From positions 24,800,001 through 24,864,000 of the forward strand of contig CM059429.1 in assembly GCA_030390025.1 (NCBI GenBank): a DNA stretch of 64,000 nt, given 5' to 3'. This stretch comes from Squalus acanthias. Its lineage: Eukaryota. The notes under the pieces are model-generated. The model was not told the origin of the DNA. It saw nothing but the letters and a program-made list of their open reading frames with translations, and did no database searches. This document shows, one piece after another, positions 13,665-24,604 of this stretch (position 1 is its first letter; each line of letters opens with the position of its first letter). The translations under genes were made by a program, and so were the position numbers.

Positions 13665-13960
13665 CACAACTGCCAATACTTATATAGTACCTTTTAATGT
13701 AGTTAAGTGTCCCAGGGTACTTTGGAAAGGTTCGGAGGGTAACAGACACCATAAAGGATTGAGAGAAGGTTAGAAGTGACTGAAGGGACAGTTAAGGAGG
13801 TGAGTTTTTGAGGATGCTATTGAAGGGAGGGAGTGATGTCGCAAGGTGGAGGGGTTTGAGAGAAGAATTCCAGTATGTAAGGTTGTGGAGGGAGGGAAAT
13901 CACACTGAAGTGTGGGCTCAGATGAGTGGAATTAGGAATTATGGGGTAAGTCGAGAAATC
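13665..13960 (-). mobile_element. L2 LINE 3' end, degenerate
   Basis: Inverted L2 terminus (ttatatagtaccttt...) and aaggaggtgagttttt...gagagaagaattccag, antisense to the L2 tail at 61380-61675. Confidence 0.65.
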
Positions 13961-14069
13961 GGGCATTACTTTTTTTTACCCAAACCATAATAGCTTTGTG
14001 GAATAAGTTATTAGGGAAGGTCAATGATGAAGAGAGTAAAAATAGGTTCAGGACAAACTATTGGCGAGA

Positions 14070-14420
14070 AGGTGTCCTTCGCCCCTCGCCCCCCTAACCT
14101 ATATCAACGCCCTTTTCCAACTTTATATCCCCTCTCACACCTTTAATTCCTCTGACTCTGATCTTTCCTCCCTTTACCCCACCATTGGGCAGACTCAACC
14201 CACTACTTCAGCTCGACTCCCCGGAACATCCCCTCTTGACCGCTCTCTCCATCTTTAAAAACTTCATCAAAACCCAGCTTTTTGACCAAGCTTTCAGTCA
14301 CCCCTCTTAATCTCTCCCTTCACAGCTCAGTATCAATTCATATTTATTTCTTTCCTCTTAGAAAATGTCCCATGGCACTTCACATCTTAAAAGCGCTATA
14401 TAAATGCAAGTTGTTGTTAC
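14070..14420 (+). mobile_element. L2 LINE 3' end
   Basis: Ends aaagcgctatataaatgcaagttgttgtt; homologous to 61310-61675. Confidence 0.75.
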
Positions 14421-15546
14421 TCTCCAAAAATAGATTGGCTTGCAGGGCTACTGGCCTTTTCCTGTTCCTGGAAATTCTTATGTTGTGTATTTTCAGGAAG
14501 TTTCTGTCAAGAGCTTGTTTAAAGAGGAAGGCTCTTATTTTAGCAAATCTTTTTTATCATTTCAGAAGGGAGAAGACACGTCATTAGAGTTATGACATAA
14601 TGTGCAAAAGAAATGACACGTGTCAATATTATTTATATTGTCTTGTGTTTAATGCACAAAAGAAAACGGTTTTCCATGTTTTAGTTGTGCATTGTAATTT
14701 AAAGGTATCACTTTAATGACAATGTACCAATTATTTCATTATGTTTTCAACGTGTATGTGTGTAAGGTTGTCAGCATTATTGGGTTTGTGTGCATGTTTC
14801 TTTCTGCTGTTTGTGTATGTGTTGGGTGTCTGTGTGCTTATGGGGGGTTGCTTCTGTAAGGATGTGTGTGTTTGTTTGATTTTGTGTGTGTCTGTGTCTA
14901 CCTATCTGAGAGAGATAATGACTGTTCAATTTTTCCTCTATTTATATTTCTGTATTTTATTTCTGTCTGAGTATTTGTACTGTGGGTCTCCAAGTGTCAG
15001 TGTGATGGTATAAGTCTTTCTGGATAAGTGCTTTGTTTGGTATGGTTGTGTGTCTCTGTCTCTATGCATGTATTGTACTGTATCATTCATTACACTGCCC
15101 CTTTACAGGAAACCGTTTCAGATGTTTGTTGAAGGAACATCAACAACTTGGGAGATATTAGGTGATCTGACTTCCAACTGCACTGATGTCAAGCAATGTG
15201 AGACCACCTCAAATAGGCCCATTGGACTGTCAGGATACTTAGGAAATTTAATTCTGTATGTTTGAATGTTATAAGAGAAGTCCTGCTTTTGTTGGTTCTC
15301 CTCTAATATTTAAATACAACCAGCAGTGAGGCAGCAGAGTGCAACACTGATCAGGCAGTATCACTGGGGTGATATGTCCCACAGTGTGCTGTAATAGCTC
15401 CCCTTGTGCCATTGTGTAAGTGTTTCTGGATGAGTGTGATTGTGTGCCTTTGTCTCAGTGAATATGTCTGTGTATTTGCATGATTGAGTATGTGTCTGTG
15501 TTTTTCTTTCTTTAATAGATTTTTTCCCAATTTCCTAAAACCTTTG

Positions 15547-15684
15547 GGGGTGAACTTGGTTTTGGACAGTAGTGCAAAAAGTGCAATAGTGAATTGGCAG
15601 CTCGTTTTCTTTTCCATTGAAGTCAATTGGCTGCCGATTCGCTATCGCTCATCTTGTGCTACCGTCCAAGACCAAATTCACCCC
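15547..15684. mobile_element. Palindromic MITE (GGGG-terminated, Harbinger-like)
   Basis: Arms ggggtgaacttggttttggacagtag... / ...ctaccgtccaagaccaaattcacccc are inverted; central ccattgaagtcaat. Confidence 0.8.
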
Positions 15685-15729
15685 GCCCTTGACTCTTACA
15701 GGGTAGAGTTCCACAAATCCTTGCCCAAC

Positions 15730-16315
15730 TAGTCATTCTTAATGCATGAGCCTAAGCAGAGTGTCAACATACTATTTTACTGTGGAGAACATCACAGCCA
15801 AGCTTCACCCTTTCTCACCCAACATCTCGACAGACATACTTAGAGGGATTAGACGGGAGTTGAGGTGAACTTTTTTCATCCGGAGGGCGGTGGGGGTCTG
15901 GAACTCACTGCCTGAAAGTGTGGTAGAGGCAGAAACCCACATCGCATTTAAAAAGTACTTGGATATGCACTTTTAGTGCTGTAACCTACAAGGCTACGGA
16001 CCAAATGCTGGAAAGTGGGATTAGGCTGGATAGCTCTTTTTCGGCCGGCACAGACACAATGGGCCGAATGGCCTCCTTCTCTGCCGTAAATTTCTATGAT
16101 TTATGATTTCTATGATTCTATACTTTCCATCAGGGGTCACCGGGTAGTAACCAGGATTGGGAACTCTAGCTGGCTTTCCCCTCCCTAATCAAAAAGACCC
16201 CGAGGCCCTCAACTGCTGCCTGGTTTGAGATCAACTAACTCAGGACAGACCTGGGATTCCGTCTGGATGTATTGTTACATTGGACAGTGCCTTTATCCAC
16301 CAAGTCATCAGAGCA
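15730..16315 (-). mobile_element. Old SINE-like repeat split by a CR1 insertion
   Basis: Halves 15730-15841 and 16120-16315 are collinear with the uninterrupted copy at 62340-62658. Confidence 0.6.
15842..16119 (+). mobile_element. 5'-truncated CR1 LINE 3' end with (TTCTATGA)-type tail and 6-bp TSD
   Basis: Ends atgggccgaatggcctccttctctgccgtaaatttctatgatttatgatttctatgattct; ATACTT at 15836-15841 and 16120-16125. Confidence 0.9.
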
Positions 16316-16630
16316 GTATGTGAGTGCATGTATCTATGGGAGTGTGCTTATGTTATTCGGTGCGTGAGTTTCTCTGTGCATGCTTGTGTGTGTGTGGATA
16401 TGTGTGTACCAGACGACTATGTCCACCTGTGTGTTCATCTGTATGAGCGTGTATGCGAGTGAAGGTGTCCGTGTGTCTACACGTCTTTATATGAATGTGC
16501 GTCTATGTGAGTGTGTGTTTATTTGTGGGAGTGTTTCTGAATCCGTGTATGTATCTGTGTGTCTGTAACCGCGTGTCTGTGTGTATGTGCATGAGTATGT
16601 GAGTGTATATGTCTGTGTAAGTACGCGTGA
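16315..16630. repeat. Degenerate (TG)n low-complexity tract (similar tracts at 14750-14900, 18670-18810, 44685-44960)
   Basis: Direct inspection; explains the Cys/Val-rich spurious ORFs. Confidence 0.9.
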
Positions 16631-19399
16631 ATGTAATTATAAGTGTATGAAGCTATCTTGACAATCATCGTTCGAGAAATAAGACCAGAGTTTGAGGTTT
16701 ATCGCTCTCTATTGAAACCACTGTGACTACTGCCCCTTTAAAAGTTACTCGCAGCACTCAGTTATTTTCATCAATATGACTGCACAGAAAAAGTTATTAA
16801 TAAAGTATTTTCCTGGTTTTCTGTGACTTTTCCGCTAAGTGCATGATGTCACAGTCAATTGTCCAGTAATCCCTCGGCTGCTTCGTTTCATCGTCAAGTG
16901 AGTTTGGTATTGTTGTGACTATTCCTGGGATACAATTAGGCAGAATGGCTTTCTGTGGAGCAGCGTCCAATGGCACAGGCCATGTAACTAAGACCATAAG
17001 GACACATTACCCCTCAGGAAACTTAAATAAAAAGCATCTGCAAGTTATGAGATTTTCCACAAGCACCCTTGAAACGATAGAAGTTTACAGTAATGCGGAG
17101 ATCAGCAGATTGATTATGTGTAAAACGCATGATATATTGGCTAAAATCGAAAACCACTGTCAGAGTCTTTCACTATCAATTGCGATCGCCATCTGCTGGC
17201 CAATTTCTGGCATTGCCTCCCCGCACAAGCCATTTCAGCTCCAAGTCCCAGCCCTATCAATATAAAGCTAATTTGCCCAAGACGTGCTACTGATACTCGA
17301 CGCTTTTGTTTACACAGCAACATTTCCTGCTTTTCAGAGAACTGTGCTTTAAAAAAAAGGCCAGCTCTATATCAGAAAAGCAGATCAACTCCGCAGAATA
17401 GTAATCAGTTTCCCAGCTCACTGCTGCTTCTATTTAACACACAATGCATCATAAAACAAATCCCTCATCCTGACAGGAAGAAAATAGAACAGCTCATAGG
17501 TTCAGCTTGCCCAATTTATTGCTAAATTAAAAAGCTCCAACAATGGACATCTTGAGGAACGGCAGGAAGCTGGCGGTCAGCAACCGGGGTTTAGTGAAGG
17601 TTCTCAGCGTTGCAGGCTATGGGAATCTCTGCCCAGGTTTTCGTGCTATTTACAAAGGAGTCCCGGAGTTTATCCGGCAGTACCTAGCGTCGCATTTAAA
17701 GTTGCACGTCAGTAATTCCACACACAACAAAAAAAAAACCACAACATTTGAATCTGAAAAGAAAAAAAAAATCCGTGTCACTGATCGCACCGAGCAGAGA
17801 CTAACTGGAACCCTCGCAATGACAGAATGAGCCTTCTATTTTATTGAACTAAATAAATAAAAGTAGTCAATTAAAATGTGCTGTTGGGCCGTATTTTGGC
17901 ACCGCGCACAGTATCTCTCTTTATATGAGGCTGGGCGCAGTAGAAAAGTTCCTGAGCTTGAGTAGGTGGGAATGAGCCCAGCACTGACACCCCAACACTG
18001 ACCCCGAGGTGTAGCCCAGCAGTAATGGGTGCTTAAAAAAAAACTCCATTCATATTATGAATAAGAATAGAATAAAACAGAGTGATTGTGTCTTCTAAAA
18101 AGAAAACGTGTGATTGAAGCTATTTAAAAATACCTGCCTATTTTAAACGCGCCTGCACCTCTGACGGGACCCTCGCCAACACACCGCTCCCACTCTGTTC
18201 ATTACTGGCCGGCCAACGTATCTGTCATTTCAAAAGTTTAGTATCAATCCGGAGGGGGTTAGGAAGAAGACAATACCTTTCCCCGCAGACATAAAGTTCG
18301 CTTGCTTTTTAAAAAAAAGTCTTTTAACTAAATGATACAAAGATAACGGAGGTTGATCACAGTAAGATAATAGGGCCTGAAGACATGGGGTGGCGGAGCA
18401 GGAGGGGGCAGGGAGGCGACCAGGCGGAGAAAGGCCTCAGCACCTTGTAAAATATGGAACCAGAAAATTAGCAGAGAGTTGGATCTTCTCCCCGGGCCCA
18501 TCAGAATCTGGGCCGATTACCCAAAGGGAGCAACCAGGACTGGGAATACCCCAGGCAGGAACTGATCAGCTTGCTCAGGGTGGGGGGAAATCCTCTTTCT
18601 ATTTGCGAGTTCTGTCCCTCCTGCTTGTCCAGAAAGTTTGATTCCAGTGTTTCTGTTCTGGAGAGGTGTCTGAATTTGTGTGCAGGTCTTTATATAAATA
18701 CGTGCCCATGTGTGTGTGGGATCAGTGCGAGTGTATGTGAATCTTTGTGGTGCATGTATCTCTGCGACTGAGTGTGATCCTGTGTCTGTGTAAGTACATG
18801 TGAGTGTAAATCTAAGTATATGAAAATATCTTGACAATTCTCGTTCGAGAAACAATATATATACTCACTTTCAGCAAAACTGTACTTCCTGTCCCCTTTC
18901 TAAAGGGACAGGGCCCTTATTATCAGTTTATCGCATTCTTATTTATTTTAACCGTATTCAAAAGCCTTTGAACATTTAGCAATGTTTCAACAAAAAATGC
19001 AGCCAAAAATTACCCCCATCCCCCCCCCCCCCCAAAAAAAAACCTTTGCCAAGTTTCTATTTTGGGTTCTATCGGGGACGGCAGGCACATGACCCCGAGC
19101 CTCTTCCACCCTGTTCTCTTCTCAAGGCTTTGGTCAGCCTCCAGTTCAGCGAGAGCTTTTCCAAAGCACTTTCAGTCGGGCCAACTTTACAGCAATGGAA
19201 GCGGATTAGATTTATTATGAAACAAAACAAGTCGAACTGTTCAAAGTGTGGCAGCACCACTGTCCTCTTCGCCGACTTTCAGCCTACAGTCTAATTGAAT
19301 GCAAGTCAACTGTTTGTCCCGCCGGCCCACAGAGAAGACGCTTTTTAAAACCTCTTTTTTTCTATTGCTGACTTCTTGAAATGAAAGTGGGGATCGAGG

Positions 19400-21600
19400 C
19401 AGCTCGGGGTGGCCGTGGTATAGATCCGATTTCAGCAAGTGATTTATGCAAATACCAGCCTTTCTGCGGCTGGTGTGTTGGGGGCGGGGAGGGGGTTATT
19501 AGCAAAAATAAACACCAAACAAAACATCTCCCTGATATTTCATTTTGAGCCATGACACAATAAAAATTGTCGATCTAATCTCATTGTGCTTCCACATAAT
19601 CAAATATAAAACTTTTCAATGTTTCAATACACGTGTATATTTAACCCAAATACTTTTCGTTTCCAAATAAACTTTTAATCAGCAAACATGACAGTTCCTT
19701 TCTCTTAAATACGCTACACATTATAAAGTTGTTCTAATTGGGCCTTGTTTATTCATTAACCTTTTTAAAAAAAAATATTGTGTTAACAGAGTTAGCAGAT
19801 AACTCGATAGTGCTTTACAAGCTAAAAATTTGGCCGATACAGTGCCGGCTGTGACTTCGAACTGTTTGTGGGTCTCAGTTAAAGCTGCTTACTGATAGGC
19901 GTGCTATGGAGCGACTACTTCCAGCCTAAGGTAATGCAATCGAGAGAGAGAGAAAAAAAGGGACGCTGTCTCTTTAAATCCAGCCCATGTTAGCCTGTCG
20001 CCGGGTTACTGTCTTTTTAATGAGCTCTCCAGGAGATCTCTCTCCAATAACGACCTTTTGCTGACCTCGGCGATCGAGGACGCTTCTGACACTTCATCAG
20101 AGGGAAGAAAGGGAGAGACAGACAGACAGAGAGAGACAAGAAAGGAAAGGGAAAAGAGGCTTCAGGTCCAGGGAAAGCCGCGTGTCTGGATGGATTTGCT
20201 TCCGAGCTCATCTGAAAGCAGGTTCAGAGACTGAGCCGCGGCTCTGCTCCCCTTAGACCCCCACCCCGACCCCCCAACCCAACCCGTGCCATCTGATCAG
20301 GTCAGGACAGGACTCCGACTATCCCGACAGGAGCTGCCCCCCTCCCGAGGTCCCACCCTCTCCCTCTGCACAACCTGATGGCCTTGACCGAGATTTTTTG
20401 CACAGGACAAATAAACTAACCCGGAGTGTTAGAGACAGAGAGAGAGAGTCTGAGATATACCCTCGGCTCAAAATCTCTCCCCCCCCCCCCCCCCCCCGAA
20501 GCAGCAGCAAGAGCCACTTTCACCCAATAGAGGGGAGTGGAGGGGGGAAAGATCAGCCCAGAGTAAAGCCCTGGGCCGGAGCAGCTGGAGTCGGAGCTGG
20601 AACAGGGGATTGTTTAACGGCAGTTGGAGGAGTGGATTTGGGTGCTGGCTGTTTGAGCGTGCTGAAGGTAAGCGACTGGCTGCCGCCCTCATTCCCCCTC
20701 TCACCGACCGAAGGCAGCAGCCTCAAACTCCCCTCCCGACTTTCTCGCTCTCTTTAAGCTGTTGTTTCGCCGAACTCTTGGTCTCTCTCTCTCTCTCTCT
20801 CTGCCCTTCCTACAGGTACATTGCAGGGTTACCCGTCTCTTTCACTTTTCATAGCGATCCACCAGCCGATGAAGTCGGTAAAAAGTTTCTTTCTTCAGTT
20901 CAGACTTCTCCCCAAACTCGAGCCCACGGACACTACTTTTGTTGAGGTTTTCCTCTCGACCCGTTCAATTGTTTTATAAAACTACCCCCTGCCCTCCCTC
21001 CCTGTGTTTCACTGACGCCTGACGGTGAGAAACTTGGGCAGCCCGAGGGGTGTCTCGATCCGGCAACTGGAGCCCAGGGAGATGAGTGGGGAGCCGGGCA
21101 CCGTCTGCTCCCAGCACCGGGGGCCTGCTGCACCCCAAACCATCTCCCAATCAATGTTAAACACACCAATGCACGAATACAGGCGATTCCCGCGGCTTCT
21201 CGCCGAGTTACTGGTGCTATGTGGACGCTGTTTGTCCCTTGTCTACTCGTCCGCCGAATGCACTGAGTGCGGCTGGGATGGGATTCAGCAGTTCCTCCTG
21301 AGACGGTGGCAGCTCTGCAGTAAAGCTTTAATCGTCTTCCACCGCCTTCGAATCCAACTCCATTCTAGGAACCCGTTTTAAAACAGCACCTGCAACCAAT
21401 GCCGCACTTTTCGGCGAATTTGTTCTCCTGGTCGAGTGGTGATGTCTGATAGGAAGTAAACAGGAGATTTCAGTGGCACGGCTTGGCCCATGCGGCGTTT
21501 CCATGAGTTCAGTTCGGTCCTGCTCCCTCGTTATCCCCACTTTCACTCGACCCCTTTCTCTGCTGGTAACGATATTTAATTATTAACGATAGGAGATGGG
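19400..21600 (+). promoter_or_regulatory. CpG-island-like internal promoter and non-coding first exon(s) of the short EVI1 isoform
   Basis: GC/CpG-rich and repeat-free, with a GC box (ggggcgggg at about 19481), GA tracts, a poly(C) run and strong donor motifs (19930/1, 20667/8). Lies 2.4-4.6 kb upstream of the exon equivalent to EVI1 exon 2, where mammalian EVI1 alternative first exons map. Confidence 0.65.
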
Positions 21601-24000
21601 GGAAGAGCGCGATCTTTAGGGAGACAAACGCTTCCTGTTTCCATTCTTTCCATTCCATTAAAATATACTTGGTGCCCGAAAAGGTCATCTATACAGATGT
21701 GCACAACATCGCTCCAGGTGTTTCCCCAGTATCTAGAAATGTGCTTTTAGTGTAAAGTGTCGGACAGCGAATACAAGTTCTACAATATTATATAAAGCCC
21801 TGCTTTAAATGGGCAACAATCAAAGTTTGACAATGTTTTAAAAATAACAAGAGGAAATATTTTGTTATATAAATATAACATTTAATATAATATGAAATAT
21901 TTGGAAAGAGCTCGACTCAAAACTGTTACTTCAATGGTCGGCCGTTGCTTCCCCTACATTTGTAGTTCGGAAAAAGTAAGGTGATCAGACTTCACCACAG
22001 GCAGAGCGGTTCAGAGGGATTGTTACAGGCCGCGATTACTTTATCCTGCAGTTTCTGGGCTTCGAAAGATGCACTCGTTTTATTAATTTCCATGGAATGT
22101 GAGGTAACCGGCGGAGTTTAGGAGAGAGGGGACCGTTCTCCCAGTTATAATTCGTGTAACAGCACCTTACAATACAGTAGTGTGTCCCTGAAAGTTATTG
22201 CAAGTTAATGACCTGGAGCAGCTCCTGTAGAGGCCGTCTGATTTGCATGTTATAGTGCTTGGAGGTTAGGTAAACAGGGACGAGCCTGCAAACCTTCAAT
22301 AGTTGCTAGATAAAACCAGTTCCTCCAAAGAAATGCAAATATGTTCTATGAAAATAATATTTTCACGGGAGTTTGCTTTAAATGAAATAGCTGTGTTTAT
22401 TGATAGGATTGCTTAATCATTGATGGGCCCAGAATGGTTTCAATGTTCTTTCTGCTCCCAGTTTTATGATTGCTCCTTTTCACTTCAGCTTGTTTTTCAT
22501 GTTATTTGAAAGTGTATTATTTGTGGTTTGAAGGTGTGTTTTGCTGCTAACAGTTTTTTTTCTCTCTAAATTCTAGCAAAATACCTAAGCATTCAGCAAT
22601 TTGCTGATTTCTAACACAGCCTACTCTCCCCCCTGTTTCCGTATCAATGCATTCATTACATACAAATCCATTTAAACCTGCTTAACACACCTGGCATCAC
22701 ATTCTGATCTTCCCAAGTTTTTTTAAAATGTGTGGGTGCTTTCAGTTTAAGTGATAAAGAGTCATTTTCACAATTCAAACACACAGCTTTCAATGTTTGC
22801 AGTTACCACCTTTTAATATTTACAATACCTCAAGCCTGATCCACAGATTAGACTGTGGAAGCTGCATGGTTTTGAAGGTTGCATATTATAAAGTGTTTTA
22901 GTCCCATACCTGTCTCTTTCAAATATACATTAGAGTAATTCTGAATATTAAAGGTACTTTATTTTAAACTGTAAATGTCGAAGCAGGTTAGACACAACTG
23001 TTCATATTTACATATGCATGTTATGATTTATAATACACAATTTATAACTGATGTATAGCTATGCAAGTAAATCTCTCTCTCTATCTATATGTGTGTGTCC
23101 TTACCCACTATAAATAATGTATGTATATGGATATAATGTGCACGTTACACATGTTAGGCAGACATCCTTCATTGCTGGCTATATCAAAGTTAGTTTTGCC
23201 ATATACAACTTTTGCCAAAGATGAGAAATTCTGAAACTTTTCTATCATTTCATATTTTATTATTGGTTTGTCTCTCTGGAGATTTCTTTCTTTGTAAAAC
23301 AATCCAGAAATGTTTTGTTCAATGTTACTTAATGTAATCTTCTTTAATAATGGTGATTGAAAACAGTAAGCAAAATATCAACCACTCTTTATGTATATTA
23401 TATAAATGGACATTTAAAAAAAATGTTCATGCAGACCCACCATCAGCATATATAGTGTATGTTTGTACTGATATTTAGAGATTCATACATATTTGCTTTC
23501 CAGTAGATGTTTGGACAATCAAACATCTGTTCATATGAAGATAGTGCTGAAGTTGATCTTTTGATGGAATCATTTAAAAATCCACAGTAGCTATATTGTA
23601 GTTCTAAAGTGTTGACGTGTACAGATAAAACCTTTGCATCATAGATGTTGACTTCATGGGGGGAGTAAAGGAGAAGGGGGGTCATGACCCCACAAAATAA
23701 AAGTCAGGGTTATATTCCACCCTAAGGGAAAGAGGTGAATTATGACTCTTTTTTCCCCCTCCCCTCTAATCATCAGGATATGTCAACAGAAAGTCGGTAT
23801 ACCTCCAAAAAGCCTTCAATTAAATAAATTAAATATATGTCCTTTATTAAGACCAAATACCATAGCTACAAGTATGTATTTAAATGAGCATATATATTAG
23901 GGCCATTTATCGTTGTAGCTATGTGGGAGGTACATAGTTTATTTCTGGCTTCCTTTGTGACTCAGTCTATATTGATTTTATCTGAACATTTTTCTTCCAG

Positions 24001-24132
24001 GTCTTGGACGAGTTAGGCAATGTAAAGTTCTGCATCGATGCCAGTCAGCCTGATATAGGGAGCTGGCTCAAATACATCAGGTTTGGACGGAGCTATGATC
24101 ACAACCTAGTCGCATGCCAGATAAATGATCAG
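24001..24132 (+). CDS. MECOM: MECOM exon, PR/SET domain middle part (EVI1 exon 2 equivalent; coding only in MDS1-EVI1/PRDM3)
   Basis: tttcttccag|GTC...GATCAG|gtatgt, 132 nt, phase 0/0. Translates VLDELGNVKFCIDASQPDIGSWLKYIRFGRSYDHNLVACQINDQ, matching human MECOM ILDEFYNVKFCIDASQPDVGSWLKYIRFAGCYDQHNLVACQINDQ as I recall it. Missed by the ORF track. Confidence 0.97.
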
Positions 24133-24604
24133 GTATGTTGAAAATACTTGTTTGACTTTATCACTCGGGGTTTCAAAGGCCTGAGACTATTGCAAAGCTT
24201 TGAGGAGAACACAGGCTTAGTAACTGATAGCAAAGCTACTGTAGACCCTCATGCCCTGTTTGCTCTTGTGTTAAGTGGCATAAGGCAGATGTTAAACACA
24301 GATTACATGCATTTTTTTCTCACAGACTGGCAAATATTTCTTTTTCGTCGTTGTTCAACGTTGTCATCTCTTGTCTGTTTGCTGCTTTGTGATTCCTGTG
24401 TGAAAATACGTAAATCCTTGAACCCGCCTTCCCTCCACAGAAGTGGCCCAGCTCAAGTCATATGCAAATTGTCAGTGGAAGGAAACAATAGACATTAGCA
24501 AAACACTTAATAAGCCAGAGCCAAGTTACAGAGCCTGAGGTTTTAAAGGGAGAAAAACAATCGAAAATGAAACACTGAGAGTTTTGTGATTGATTTTTTT
24601 ATAT

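Noticed and set aside
20398-21381. ORFs of 110-120 aa in the promoter region as a novel coding exon
   Set aside because: Non-ATG starts, low-complexity translations of GA and poly(C) tracts, no recognisable domain; expected in GC-rich DNA.
23645-23790. Imperfect inverted repeat near the PR exon (tgttgac...gtcaaca, ggggtcatgacccc)
   Set aside because: Arms too degenerate to call a structure or element with confidence.
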